Source: Desulfobulbus propionicus DSM 2032
GTDB taxonomy: Bacteria > Desulfobacterota > Desulfobulbia > Desulfobulbales > Desulfobulbaceae
Direction: 5' to 3'
NCBI RefSeq assembly: GCF_000186885.1
Contig: NC_014972.1
Location: 2,400,001 to 2,432,000, forward strand
Length of the DNA: 32,000 nucleotides
The position numbers were made by a program, and so were the translations under genes. Shown in pieces: positions 16,730 through 26,282 of this stretch. Each line of letters begins with the position of its first letter. Position 1 is the first letter of the stretch. The notes beneath the pieces were generated by a model. The model was not told where the DNA came from, did no database searches, and saw only the letters and a program-made list of their open reading frames with translations.

Positions 16730-19589
16730 TCACGCTCGAGCCCTGTCCTCGCCGACGGACACCGGCGCGAGGTTGCGGGCCAGCAGCCGGGCGAGAATGG
16801 TCGGGTCGGGCATGGCCGGGCTGTAGTCGTCCCAGCCGTAGGCCAGGGCAACGGCGCGGTCGAGCTGCTCCTGACGCAGCCGCAGGCCGGCGGGCATCTC
16901 GTTGTAGAGGTTGGTCAGGGTACGTTTTTTCCAGGCAGCGGCATGTTCGGGTTTGGGCTGTGGTCGCGGCGGCAATCCGGCGGCCTGCTCCTCGGGGGTG
17001 ATCACCCAGTCGAGCCACTCTTCCGGGTTGAGCCAGTGCTCCCGCCAGCGGAGCAGTTCGGCGGCAGCGGCACCGATGGCCGCCAACGGTTCGCCGGCAG
17101 GTGGGGCGGGATCGTGGAGATCAAAGCCCGGTGGAAAGGGAAAGGTTTCAAAGGTGAGACTGACGTTGTAGCGAGGGTCATTGCCCAAGCCCATGCGCCC
17201 GCCTTTTTCAATGGCCCAAAGACAGTGGATGCGAGAGGAGAGGATGCCCAAAGTGGCGTCGTCCTGGCGGGGAATGACGATCAGGCTGTGTTCCGGCGCC
17301 ACCTGCACCGGAAAGCGGACAAAAAAGCGATGCTTGGCCGTCTCCGGAGTGGCGATGTAGTGGCTGAGCCCCTGGAGCGCGGCGCACAAAGCCGGACGCT
17401 TCTCCCCGTGCTGCAACCATTTTTCTGCTCTGGCCACTCGATTGTTGTTGATTCGTACCGGCTTGACCATGGCCTCCACGTGGGCAAAGGGCTTGAGGTA
17501 ATCGGCGGCCTGGCGCTGGTCCATGGCGGCGAAATCGATCACCCACTTGCCGGCCCAGCGGCGGGTGATGTCCGACCCATTGTAGATCGGCCGGACCACG
17601 TCGCTGTTGGGCCGACCGTTGGGGTTGCCGGTGTCCGCCAGCCAATCGAGCGCCGTGGGCCGTGTCCACCTTGAAGGGTCCGGCCAGGCAGATGCCGAAG
17701 AACGATCGTCCCTTGTTGGCGGCCAGCGGCCGCGCCTGGGTGAGATCCAGGGTCTGGTCCGCCTCGGCGCTGCCGGTGAGGTCGGCGTGGATCGCGGCCA
17801 CCGGCTGACCGTCGAGCCGGACCGTGTTGCCCCGGCCGAAACAAACCAGGCTGACCCGCACCGCCGCCCCTTCGTTGACCCAGTCCTCGTCCGACCAGGC
17901 CTCAAAGATGCGGGTGGTGGCCTGAATGCGTTCCAGCACCACCCGGTTGCGTTTCTGACGGATGGAGTTGGTGGCCACCAGGCCGGCGGCATCCGCCAGA
18001 CCCGCCTCGATCTGGGCGCGCGCCTTTTCAAACCAATAGGTCACCAGGTCGGCGCCGCCGGGCACCCGCCCCTGGTAGCAGCCGCGCAACCGCTCGACAG
18101 AGTCGTCGCCCAGCTCGCCGCGCATCATCTTGTCGCCGAGAAAGGGCGGATTGCCGACAATCACATGGGCCTTGGGCCAGCTGGCCTCGCTGCCGTCCGG
18201 GTTGAGCAGGGCATCGCGATGCTCGATGCTGTCGAGTGAGCGGAGAATCGGATCGCGGGCGATTTCCCGGCCGTTGCGGCGGCACCACTGGATATCGCCG
18301 ATCCATACCGTGGTGCGGGCCAGTTCGGCGGCGTACTCGTTGATCTCGATGCCGCAGATGTTCTGCGGCCCGGTCATCATCAGCAGCTTGGCCGGATAGC
18401 CCAAGTCCTGGGCCTCGATGTTGACCTGCTTTTCCACGTCGCGCAGGGCCTTGAGGGCCAGATAAAGAAAGTTGCCCGAACCGCAGGCCGGATCGAGCAC
18501 GCGGAAGCTGAACAGGCGCTGGAGAAAACCGTGGTAGGCGGCGCGGGCCTTGAGAAAGGCCTTGCTCCTGGGTCCCTTGCCCTGGCCGGCGGCGATGATG
18601 GCTTTGACCTCCCGCCATTCGGCCAAAAGCGGTTCGGTGATCAGCGGGTGGATCAGCTTGGCGATAGTGCCGGTGTCCGTGTAATGGGCGCCGAGCGGAG
18701 CGCGGGCTTTCGGATCCAGGCCGCGCTCGAACAGGGTGCCGAAGATGGTCGGATCGATGGCCCGCCAATCGCGGTCGGCGGCGGCCCGATGGAGGGCGGC
18801 CACATCGTCTGTGGTCAGTTCCGGGATGTCGATGGTTTGAAACAGGCCGCCGTTGAACCAGGCAATGTCGTGGTCGCCGTACTCGCCGCCGGATTTCTTC
18901 TGCATGGCGCCAAAGAGCTTGCCGATGCGGTTGGCGGCCTTGGCGGTATCGGTACCAGCGTTTCCGAGAATATCGGTAAAAATATTTTCGGGCAGCAGTG
19001 CCTCGTCCTCGGCGAACATGCAAAACAGGCACTGCACCAGAAAATGGGCGATGCGCTGGCCGTCCACGCCGCGCCCGCGCATGGTCTGGGCCAGCAGGGC
19101 AAACTGGCCGGCAGCCTCCTCGGTGATCGCCGCCGTCGATTTTTCCGGCCGCAGCTTGAGCGGGTCGGTGAACACCCAGGTCAGCAGCTGCCGCGTGCCG
19201 GGGTCGGTCAACTCCTCGATGGCGATTTCGCGCGGTTCATCGGGATAGCCAGTGAAGGCGGTGTGGATGACGATGCGCTCGCGGTCGCACACCACCAGCA
19301 GTGGCGGATTGTCGAGCTGCAGGGCATAGTCGGTCAACTGCTTGAGGGCGGCCCCCAGATCGCGGCCCGGCTTCTTGTTTTCCCAGCCAAAACAGCCGCG
19401 CTTCCACACATCGGCTCAACCATCGCCGCCGCCGGTCTTCTTGGCGCCGCGTTCAAAACAGTAGTTGTCCGGGTCGCGCGGCTTGTCGACGCCGAGCAGG
19501 TCACACAGGTCGTTGAAATGCTGCTGGGCGCCGGCACGTTCATTGAGCCGGTTATCTTTTCAGAGAGCAATGAAGTGTTCGGGGGTCAT
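16730..19589 (-). pseudogene. MmeI-like (type IIL) restriction-modification/DNA methyltransferase gene disrupted by two in-frame TGA codons and one frameshift
   Basis: Start MTPEHFIAL*KDNRLNERAGAQQHFNDLCDLLG...AKKTGGGDG*ADVWKRGCFGWENKK...; methyltransferase motifs DPACGSGNFLY and VGNPPFLGDK; the frame changes near 17648-17670 into NPNGRPNSDVVRPIYNGSDITRRW...ALAYGWDDY...LLARNL. The two long ORFs 17208..19409 and 16730..18031 are the two halves. In-frame TGAs lie at 19560-19562 and 19416-19418 (minus strand). Confidence 0.85.
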
Positions 19590-19679
19590 GGGCGTGTTGT
19601 CGCTTGCTGGGGCCTCTGAAGAACCACACAGCCAAAGGGGGAGGCCGTCCGGAAAACGGCAGGATTTTTTAATTTTTTC

Positions 19680-19707
19680 TTTATATTACGGTTTGATCTC
19701 TTGTCAA
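19680..19707 (-). promoter_or_regulatory. Putative sigma70-type promoter for the MmeI-like gene
   Basis: On the minus strand: TTGACA (complement of 19702-19707), 16 nt spacer, TATAAA (complement of 19680-19685), within a locally AT-rich tract about 85-90 nt upstream of ATG 19589. Confidence 0.6.
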
Positions 19708-19856
19708 CAGCAATCATGGGCAGCCAGTCCCCGCATAACGGTGCCCGGCAGGGGCCGTGTCTGACTCCACTTCCCGCTTGCATTCCTCGCCCAACTATCC
19801 TTTACTCACGGCAGGATAGGTTCTGTCGACCACGCAATCGCTCCCTTGGAGGCACG

Positions 19857-20702
19857 ATGGACCGACGGATTGTTCTGGCGCACGACGGCTCGATCAACGC
19901 CGACTGGGTGGGCCGCTACGCCCTGCGCATGGCCGCCGCCCTACCCAGCCGACAGTTGCTCTTTGTCCACATCCTGGACGGTTCCTGCCCGCGCGGCCGG
20001 ATCGAGGCCAAATACGCGGCCTTCGCCCGTGAATGCGCCCAGCACGCCATTGAAAGCAGTTGCCTGATCCGTGAGTTGGAAGGTGATGTCCTTTCCTCCC
20101 TGTTGCGGACCATTCCGCCGGGCGAGCAGACCTACTGCCTGTGCGGGGCGCGCATCGCCCCTCGGGGCCGGGGGTTTCTCGCCGGCACCGTTTCGGAACG
20201 GCTGCTCCGCTCCGGGCTCTGCAACGTCATGGCCATCCGCGTGGTCAGCCCCGGCCTGCTCGGCTGCCCGCGCACCCTGCTCTTTCCCCTGGCCGGCCAT
20301 CCGCGCGGCCCGCGTGCGGCCCTGCCCTTTCTCCGCCTGCTCGTCACTTCGGTCAACCGGCTTCACCTGCTGCGGGTGATGACGGTCAATCCGCTGTATT
20401 TCCGCTACATCACCGCCGCCGCCGCCAAGCGGAAGATCAGCGTGGGCTCCCACTATCTCGCCCAGGCGGCGGCGGAGATTCGCGCCCAGATCGCCGATGT
20501 CCCCCTGCACGTGGACCGGCACGTGACCCTTTCCGACGACTGGGCCAAGGAGATCCTCATCCAGGCGGGCAAACTCAACGCGGCCATGATCCTGCTCGGC
20601 GCCACCGAGCGCAGCCTGCCCCACCGATTTTTCTACGGCAACCGCATCGAACAGATCCTGCGCGCCACCGCCTGCGACGTCGGCATCTACCGGACCCTAT
20701 GA
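19857..20702 (+). CDS. Universal stress protein (UspA family, apparently two tandem domains)
   Basis: MDRRIVLAHDGSINADWVGRYALRMAAALP... and C-terminal AAMILLGATERSLPHRFFYGNRIEQILRATACDVGIYR (Usp nucleotide-binding-like motif). TTGGAGG lies upstream of the start. Confidence 0.78.
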   Translation: MDRRIVLAHDGSINADWVGRYALRMAAALPSRQLLFVHILDGSCPRGRIEAKYAAFARECAQHAIESSCLIRELEGDVLSSLLRTIPPGEQTYCLCGARIAPRGRGFLAGTVSERLLRSGLCNVMAIRVVSPGLLGCPRTLLFPLAGHPRGPRAALPFLRLLVTSVNRLHLLRVMTVNPLYFRYITAAAAKRKISVGSHYLAQAAAEIRAQIADVPLHVDRHVTLSDDWAKEILIQAGKLNAAMILLGATERSLPHRFFYGNRIEQILRATACDVGIYRTL

Positions 20703-23386
20703 ACGACCATCCCCTTCATATCGGCCGGATTCCGCCGGAGCAGGTCTACGCGATTCTCCATAGCGGTGCCGAGGGCCTGGCGTCGGCCGAGGTCCGGGAG
20801 CGGCTGGCGCATGTCGGCCCCAACCGCTTCGAGGTGATCGACCGCTGGAAGCTGGCCCGGACCCTGGGCCGCCAATTCACCAACTTTTTGGCCATCCTGC
20901 TCTTTGTCGCGGCGGCCATCTGTTTCATTGCCCACCGGATCAATCCCGGCGAGGGCATGGGCGTGCTCGGCTGGGCCCTGGTGGTGGTCGCCCTGGTCAA
21001 CGCCCTGTTCAGCTTTTTTCAGGAGTACCGGGCGGAACGGGCCATGGAAGCCTTGAAACAGTTTCTGCCGCACATGGTCGAGGTCCGCCGCCAGAGGGGG
21101 CTTGTCCGTCTGCCGGCCGAGGAAATCGTGCCCGGCGACGTGGTGATCCTCTCCGAAGGGGACAAGGTGGCCGCCGACCTGCGCCTGATCGACGCCAAGG
21201 GACTGCTGGTCGACAACTCACCGTTGACCGGCGAATCAGCGCCGGTGCGGCTGGTTGCCCAGGCCCAGGACAAACCGCTGGTTGAGTGCGACAACATCGC
21301 CTTTGCCGGCTGCACCGTGCTCCAGGGCACGGGGACGGGGGTGGTGTTCGCCACCGGCCTGCGCACCCGTTTCGGCCGCATCGCCCAGCTGTCGCAGACC
21401 ATCCGCCGCACGACCTCGCCGCTGGAGCGCGAAGTGTCGCGCATGATCCGCATCCTCACCCTCATTGCCTGCACCATGGGCGCGAGCTTCTTTCTCTACG
21501 GCGTTGCCAGCGGCAAGCCACTGTGGATGAACCTGGTGTTCATGATGGGGATCATTGTCGCCAACGTGCCGGAAGGACTGCTGCCCACCCTGACCCTGGC
21601 GCTGGTGATGGGCAGCCTGCGCATGGCGAAAAAGAATGTGCTGGTGACCAGCCTGGGCGCGGTCGAAGCCCTGGGCGCGGTCCATGTGATCTGCACCGAC
21701 AAGACCGGCACCCTGACCCAAAACCAACTGACCATCACCCGCATGGTGGCGCCGCTGACCGGCGCGGCCCTCGCGCCCGAAGCGGAGCGGTCCCTGACCC
21801 GCCTGGCCCTGGCCGCCTCCGAGGTGCGCGAGAGCGGCGAGCAGCTGCTCGGCGACCCCCTGGACGTGGCCGTGGCCCGCCATTGGCGCCAGACGCTCCA
21901 CGGCACGCCCCACGAGGTGCGGCGGCAGGTGGCACGCTCCTTTGCCTTTGATGTGGGCAAGCGCCGTTCCGGCGGAATCGTCGAGGATGAAAACGGGCCA
22001 GTGCTCGTGGTCAAGGGCGCCTTTGAGGCGATTGCCCCCATGCTTGCCGGCGTGGCCGCCGGTACCGCGCTGGACCTGCGCGAACAGGTGGCCGCCTGCG
22101 AAACGGTGATGCGCGACATGGCCGGCCAGGGGTTACGGGTGATCGCCGTGGCCCATCGGCCGCTGAGCGCCGCCGAGGTGGCGTCGGTGATGCCCGAGGA
22201 GGCCACGGCCGAACCACTGGAACACGATCTGCTCCTCGCCGGATTCATCGGCATCGAGGACCCGGTACGGTCCGAAGTGCCCCAAGCGGTGGCCCGATGC
22301 CACGGCGCCGGCATCGAGGTGCTGATGATCACCGGCGACCACCCGGCCACGGCGCTGGCGGTGGCGGCCAAGGCCGGCATTGTCCGCCCGGGCGAAACGG
22401 CGCATTGCACCGGCGAGCAGCTCAAGGGACTGACCGTCGACGACCTGATCGAACAGCTGCGGCAGGGAGTGCGCATCTTTGCCCGCACCACCCCGGAGCA
22501 GAAGATGAAAATCGTCTCCGCCCTCAAGCGCATGGAGCGGGTGGTGGCCATGACCGGCGACGGAGTCAACGATGCCCCGGCCCTGCGGGCCGCGGACATC
22601 GGCATCGCCATGGGCCGCCAGGGGACGGACGTGGCCCGCGAGTCGGCCCAGATCATCCTCTTGGACGACAATTTCGCCTCCATCGTCGACGGCGTCGAAG
22701 AGGGACGGACGGTCTTCGCCAACATGAAAAAATTCACCAGCTACGTGCTGGTGAGCAACGGTCCGGAAATTTTGCCCTATCTGTTGTACATCGTCCTGCC
22801 GGTGCCCTTGGCCCTCAACATCATCCACATCCTGTCCATCGACCTGGGCACGGACCTGGTGCCCTCCATCGGCCTGGGTCAGGAACCGGCCGATCCGGAG
22901 GTGATGCTGCAACCGCCGCGCGCCCAGGGCCAGGAGCTGCTCACCCCGGCCCTGATGGTCCGCAGCTACTGTTTTCTCGGGATGATCGAAGGGTTGTGGT
23001 CGCTGCTGCTTTTCTTTGCCGTGCTGATCGACGGCGGCTGGCGGTACGGGACCGAGCTGGCCGTGGATGCGCCACTCCACCGCTCGGCGGTGGGCATCAC
23101 CCTGGCGACCATCCTCCTAATGCAGATCGGCAACCTGGCCGGACGCCGTTTCGAACAACGATCCGGTCTGGATGCGGGGCTGTTCCGCAACCGTTTCCTG
23201 CTGGCCGGCATCCTCATCCAAATCGTCCTTTCCTGGGCCATTCTCTACTGGCCGCCCTTGTCGCGGGCCCTGGGCACCGGGCCGGTGGCACCGCGATTCT
23301 ATGGGCTCGCCTGGCTGGGCATCGTGCTCATTTTTGCCCTGGATTATCTCCGTAAAAGGCTTGTCAATCGCCGCAGGAAAGGGTAG
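20699..23386 (+). CDS. Cation-transporting P-type ATPase, P2 type with P2C (Na+/K+-ATPase)-like motifs
   Basis: NSPLTGES, MGIIVANVPEGLLPTLTLALVMGSLRMAKKNVLVTSLGAVEALGAVHVICTDKTGTLTQNQLTI, MTGDGVNDAPALRAADIGIAMG, SNGPEILPYLLY, SIDLGTDLVPSIGLGQEPADPEVMLQPPR. ATGA overlap with the Usp gene. Confidence 0.92.
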   Translation: MNDHPLHIGRIPPEQVYAILHSGAEGLASAEVRERLAHVGPNRFEVIDRWKLARTLGRQFTNFLAILLFVAAAICFIAHRINPGEGMGVLGWALVVVALVNALFSFFQEYRAERAMEALKQFLPHMVEVRRQRGLVRLPAEEIVPGDVVILSEGDKVAADLRLIDAKGLLVDNSPLTGESAPVRLVAQAQDKPLVECDNIAFAGCTVLQGTGTGVVFATGLRTRFGRIAQLSQTIRRTTSPLEREVSRMIRILTLIACTMGASFFLYGVASGKPLWMNLVFMMGIIVANVPEGLLPTLTLALVMGSLRMAKKNVLVTSLGAVEALGAVHVICTDKTGTLTQNQLTITRMVAPLTGAALAPEAERSLTRLALAASEVRESGEQLLGDPLDVAVARHWRQTLHGTPHEVRRQVARSFAFDVGKRRSGGIVEDENGPVLVVKGAFEAIAPMLAGVAAGTALDLREQVAACETVMRDMAGQGLRVIAVAHRPLSAAEVASVMPEEATAEPLEHDLLLAGFIGIEDPVRSEVPQAVARCHGAGIEVLMITGDHPATALAVAAKAGIVRPGETAHCTGEQLKGLTVDDLIEQLRQGVRIFARTTPEQKMKIVSALKRMERVVAMTGDGVNDAPALRAADIGIAMGRQGTDVARESAQIILLDDNFASIVDGVEEGRTVFANMKKFTSYVLVSNGPEILPYLLYIVLPVPLALNIIHILSIDLGTDLVPSIGLGQEPADPEVMLQPPRAQGQELLTPALMVRSYCFLGMIEGLWSLLLFFAVLIDGGWRYGTELAVDAPLHRSAVGITLATILLMQIGNLAGRRFEQRSGLDAGLFRNRFLLAGILIQIVLSWAILYWPPLSRALGTGPVAPRFYGLAWLGIVLIFALDYLRKRLVNRRRKG

Positions 23387-23478
23387 GTGAAGTCTACCCT
23401 TGCCCGGCCGCTCCCCAGCCGCCGCGGCAGGTCACAGGGGAAAAGACCATCACGCCAACCCACAAGGGATCAGACTCC

Positions 23479-26148
23479 ATGGAACAATTCTTTGACCCAC
23501 AAAGCATCGCGGTCATCGGCGCCAACGACAAACCCAACGCCATCGGCTCCGCCCTGATGGACAACATCATCCAGGGCGGGTTCCGGGGCACCGTCATCCC
23601 GATCAACCCCCACCATGAGACCGTGCGCGGCCTCAAGGCCTATGCCACCATCACCGAGGTGGAGCCGGCCCCGGAGATGGCGATCATCGCCACGCCGATC
23701 GCCACCGCTCCGGAGATCGTCCGTCAGTGCGTGCGCGCCGGCACCCAGGGGGTGATCATCATCTCCGCCGGCGGCAAGGAGCTGGGCGAGGAAGGAGCGC
23801 TGATCGAGGAACAGATCCAGGGCGCGGCCGAAGGTTCGGGCATGCGGATCATCGGCCCCAACTGCATGGGTGTCATCCGGCCGAACAAAAATCTCAACGC
23901 CACCTTTGCCGGCGGCATGCCGGCCAAGGGCAGCCTGGCGGTGATTTCCCAGAGCGGCGCCATCTGCGCGGCGATCCTCGACCGGGCGGCCGAGGAACAC
24001 ATGGGCTTCAGCCACTTCGTTTCCATCGGCTCCATGCTCGACGTCGATTTCGGCGACATGATCGACTACCTGGGCAACGACGGTTCGGTCAAGGCGATCC
24101 TTCTGTACATGGAAAATCTGACCAACCCGCGCAAGTTCATGAGCGCGGCCCGTTCGGTGTCGCGGATCAAACCGATCATTGTCCTCAAGGCCGGCAAGAG
24201 CCAGGCCGGGGCCCGCGCCGCCTCGACCCACATCGGCGCCATGGCCGGCGAGGATGCGGTCTACGATGCCGCCTTCAAGCGGGCGGGCATTGTCCGGGTG
24301 CCGTCGCTGGCACGGCTGTTCGACTGCGCCGAGCTGACCGCCAAGCAGCCGCGGCCGGCGGGCACCCGGCTGGCGATCGTCACCAACGGTGGCGGCCCCG
24401 GGGTCATGGCCGCCGACACCCTGGCCGAATACGGCCTGGAACCGGCCCGCATCCCCGACGAGATCATGACCCAGCTGGGCGAGATTCTGCCGCCCTACTG
24501 GAGCCGGGGCAACCCCATCGACATCCTCGGCAACGCCACGGTCGAGCGGTACACCAAGGCCCTGGAGATCTGCCTGGCCAGCCGGGAGTTCGACGGCATC
24601 CTGGTGATCATGGTGCCCCAGGACCTGACTCCGCCCGAAGAGGTGGCCAGGGCGCTGGTTAAGCTGGTCAAGCGCAAACGGGTGCCGGTCTTTGCCGCCT
24701 GGATGGGCGGCAAGCGGATGGCCGAGGCGATCAACATCCTCAACCAGGCGAACATCCCCACCTACGAGACCCCGGAACGGGCGGTGCGCGCCTTTCTCTA
24801 CCTGCACGAGTACACCCGCAACCTGGAGCTGCTCTCCCAGGTGCCGCCCAAACTGGCCACCGAACTCTATTTCAACCGCGACCAGGTGTTCCGCACCATT
24901 TACGAGAATTTCGAGCACGAGAACCTGCTGCTCTCGGAGATGCAGAGCAAGGAAATCCTGGCCGCCTACGGCATCCCGGTCAACGACACCCGGCTGGCCG
25001 CCACCATCGAGGAGGTGATCGACCTGGCGGCGGAGATGGAGATGCCGCTGGCCATGAAATTGGTGTCGCCGGACATCAGCCACAAATCCGATGCAAACGG
25101 GGTGCAGCTTGACCTGCGCAACGAAGACGACCTGCGCGCCGCCTTTCAGCGGATCATGGACGGCGCCCGGGCGCACAACCCGGAGGCCCGAATCCTCGGC
25201 GTCACCCTCCAGACCTTTATCGCCCACCCGGATTTCGAGCTGCTGATCGGCAGCAAGACCGACGACAATTTCGGCCCGGTCATCTGTTTCGGTTCGGGCG
25301 GCGTCTTTGCCGAGGTACTCGACGACAAGGCGCTGGGCCTGCCGCCGCTCAACCGCCTGCTGGCCCGCAGGATGATGGAGGAAACCCGTATCCTGCCGCT
25401 GCTCAAGGGGTATCGCAACAGCACGCCGGCGGATCTGGAAAAGCTGGAGGAGCTCCTGATGCGCCTTTCCCAGCTGGTGATCGACTTCCCCGAGATCGTC
25501 GAACTGGACATCAACCCGGTGCTGGTCAAAAACGGCGAACCCTGCGCGGTCGACGCCCGCATCCGCCTGGAACGGGTGGAAAACGGCGCCAACAACCTCC
25601 ACCTGGTGATCAGCCCCTACCCCCAGCACCTGGAGCGGCACGACCTCACCGACATGCAGATGCCGCTGTTCATCCGGCCGATCAAGCCCGAGGACGCGCC
25701 GCTGTTTGTCGAGCTGTTCAACTCGCTGACCCCGACCAGCATCTATTACCGCTTCTTCAGCGTGGTCAAGACGCTCTCCCCCGAGATCCTGGCCCGCTTC
25801 ACCCAGATCGACTACGACCGCGAGATCTCTTTTGTCGGCCTGGACGACCGCGAGGGCGAGGAACGGATGCTCGGCGTGGCCAACATCGTCGGCGAGCCGG
25901 ACGGCAAGCGCGGCGAGTTTTCGGTGCTGATCGGCGACCCCTGGCAAGGCAAGGGTATTGGCGCCAAGCTGCTCCTCCAGTGCCTGAGCATTGCTCAGGA
26001 ACGCGGCATGGAAATCGTCTGGGGCACGGTGTTGGCGGAAAACCGCTACATGATCGCGCTTGGCAAGAAGCTCGGGTTCACCGTCAAACAGGGCGAGGAC
26101 CCAGCGGAATACAAATTGACGATTGACCTGAAAACCGCAAAACTGTAA
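23479..26148 (+). CDS. ADP-forming acetyl/acyl-CoA synthetase-like protein fused to a GNAT acetyltransferase domain (Pat-like architecture)
   Basis: N-terminal CoA-binding/ligase region (SIAVIGANDKPNAIGSALMDNII...; GPNCMGVIRP; ISQSGAICAAILD), STHIGAMAGEDAVYDAAFKRAGIVRV, an ATP-grasp region (KLVSPDISHKSDANGVQL...VELDINPVLV), then a GNAT domain (IRPIKPEDAPLFVELFNSLTPTSIYYRFF...GDPWQGKGIGAKLLLQCLSIAQERGMEIVWGTVLAENRYMIALGKKLGF). Confidence 0.9.
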   Translation: MEQFFDPQSIAVIGANDKPNAIGSALMDNIIQGGFRGTVIPINPHHETVRGLKAYATITEVEPAPEMAIIATPIATAPEIVRQCVRAGTQGVIIISAGGKELGEEGALIEEQIQGAAEGSGMRIIGPNCMGVIRPNKNLNATFAGGMPAKGSLAVISQSGAICAAILDRAAEEHMGFSHFVSIGSMLDVDFGDMIDYLGNDGSVKAILLYMENLTNPRKFMSAARSVSRIKPIIVLKAGKSQAGARAASTHIGAMAGEDAVYDAAFKRAGIVRVPSLARLFDCAELTAKQPRPAGTRLAIVTNGGGPGVMAADTLAEYGLEPARIPDEIMTQLGEILPPYWSRGNPIDILGNATVERYTKALEICLASREFDGILVIMVPQDLTPPEEVARALVKLVKRKRVPVFAAWMGGKRMAEAINILNQANIPTYETPERAVRAFLYLHEYTRNLELLSQVPPKLATELYFNRDQVFRTIYENFEHENLLLSEMQSKEILAAYGIPVNDTRLAATIEEVIDLAAEMEMPLAMKLVSPDISHKSDANGVQLDLRNEDDLRAAFQRIMDGARAHNPEARILGVTLQTFIAHPDFELLIGSKTDDNFGPVICFGSGGVFAEVLDDKALGLPPLNRLLARRMMEETRILPLLKGYRNSTPADLEKLEELLMRLSQLVIDFPEIVELDINPVLVKNGEPCAVDARIRLERVENGANNLHLVISPYPQHLERHDLTDMQMPLFIRPIKPEDAPLFVELFNSLTPTSIYYRFFSVVKTLSPEILARFTQIDYDREISFVGLDDREGEERMLGVANIVGEPDGKRGEFSVLIGDPWQGKGIGAKLLLQCLSIAQERGMEIVWGTVLAENRYMIALGKKLGFTVKQGEDPAEYKLTIDLKTAKL

Positions 26149-26282
26149 AGGAAGCGGCGACGATGCCAAGGCCCCGCGCTCGACCCTGCCGGCGGTCCGC
26201 CGGCATCGTCGAGGAGCGACCGCCGGCCGCTGCCCCGCATGCGGTGACCGGCATTTTTTTTACTTCTGCACGAGAACACGGA

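Noticed and set aside
19407-19562. Genome-wide TGA=Trp recoding or selenocysteine as the explanation for the in-frame TGAs in the RM gene
   Set aside because: TGA is used as a real stop for many genes here (e.g. mrpA/B at 4467-4469, Usp at 20700-20702), and the expected residues are Trp rather than Cys/Sec. Decay, a local sequence error or readthrough are simpler explanations.
20141-20698. N-terminal extension of the P-type ATPase ORF (20141..23386)
   Set aside because: The extension is an out-of-frame reading of the Usp gene. ATG 20699 matches the start of recognisable ATPase sequence.
23470-26169. 899-aa antisense ORF opposite the acyl-CoA synthetase/GNAT gene
   Set aside because: Complement of a strongly supported gene; the sequence is low-information and no ribosome site is apparent.
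26187-26261. TGCCGGCG-GTC-CGCCGGCA hairpin and later T-run as a terminator after the acyl-CoA synthetase gene
   Set aside because: The hairpin (26187-26205) is about 50 nt away from the T-run (26254-26261), so this is not a standard intrinsic terminator.
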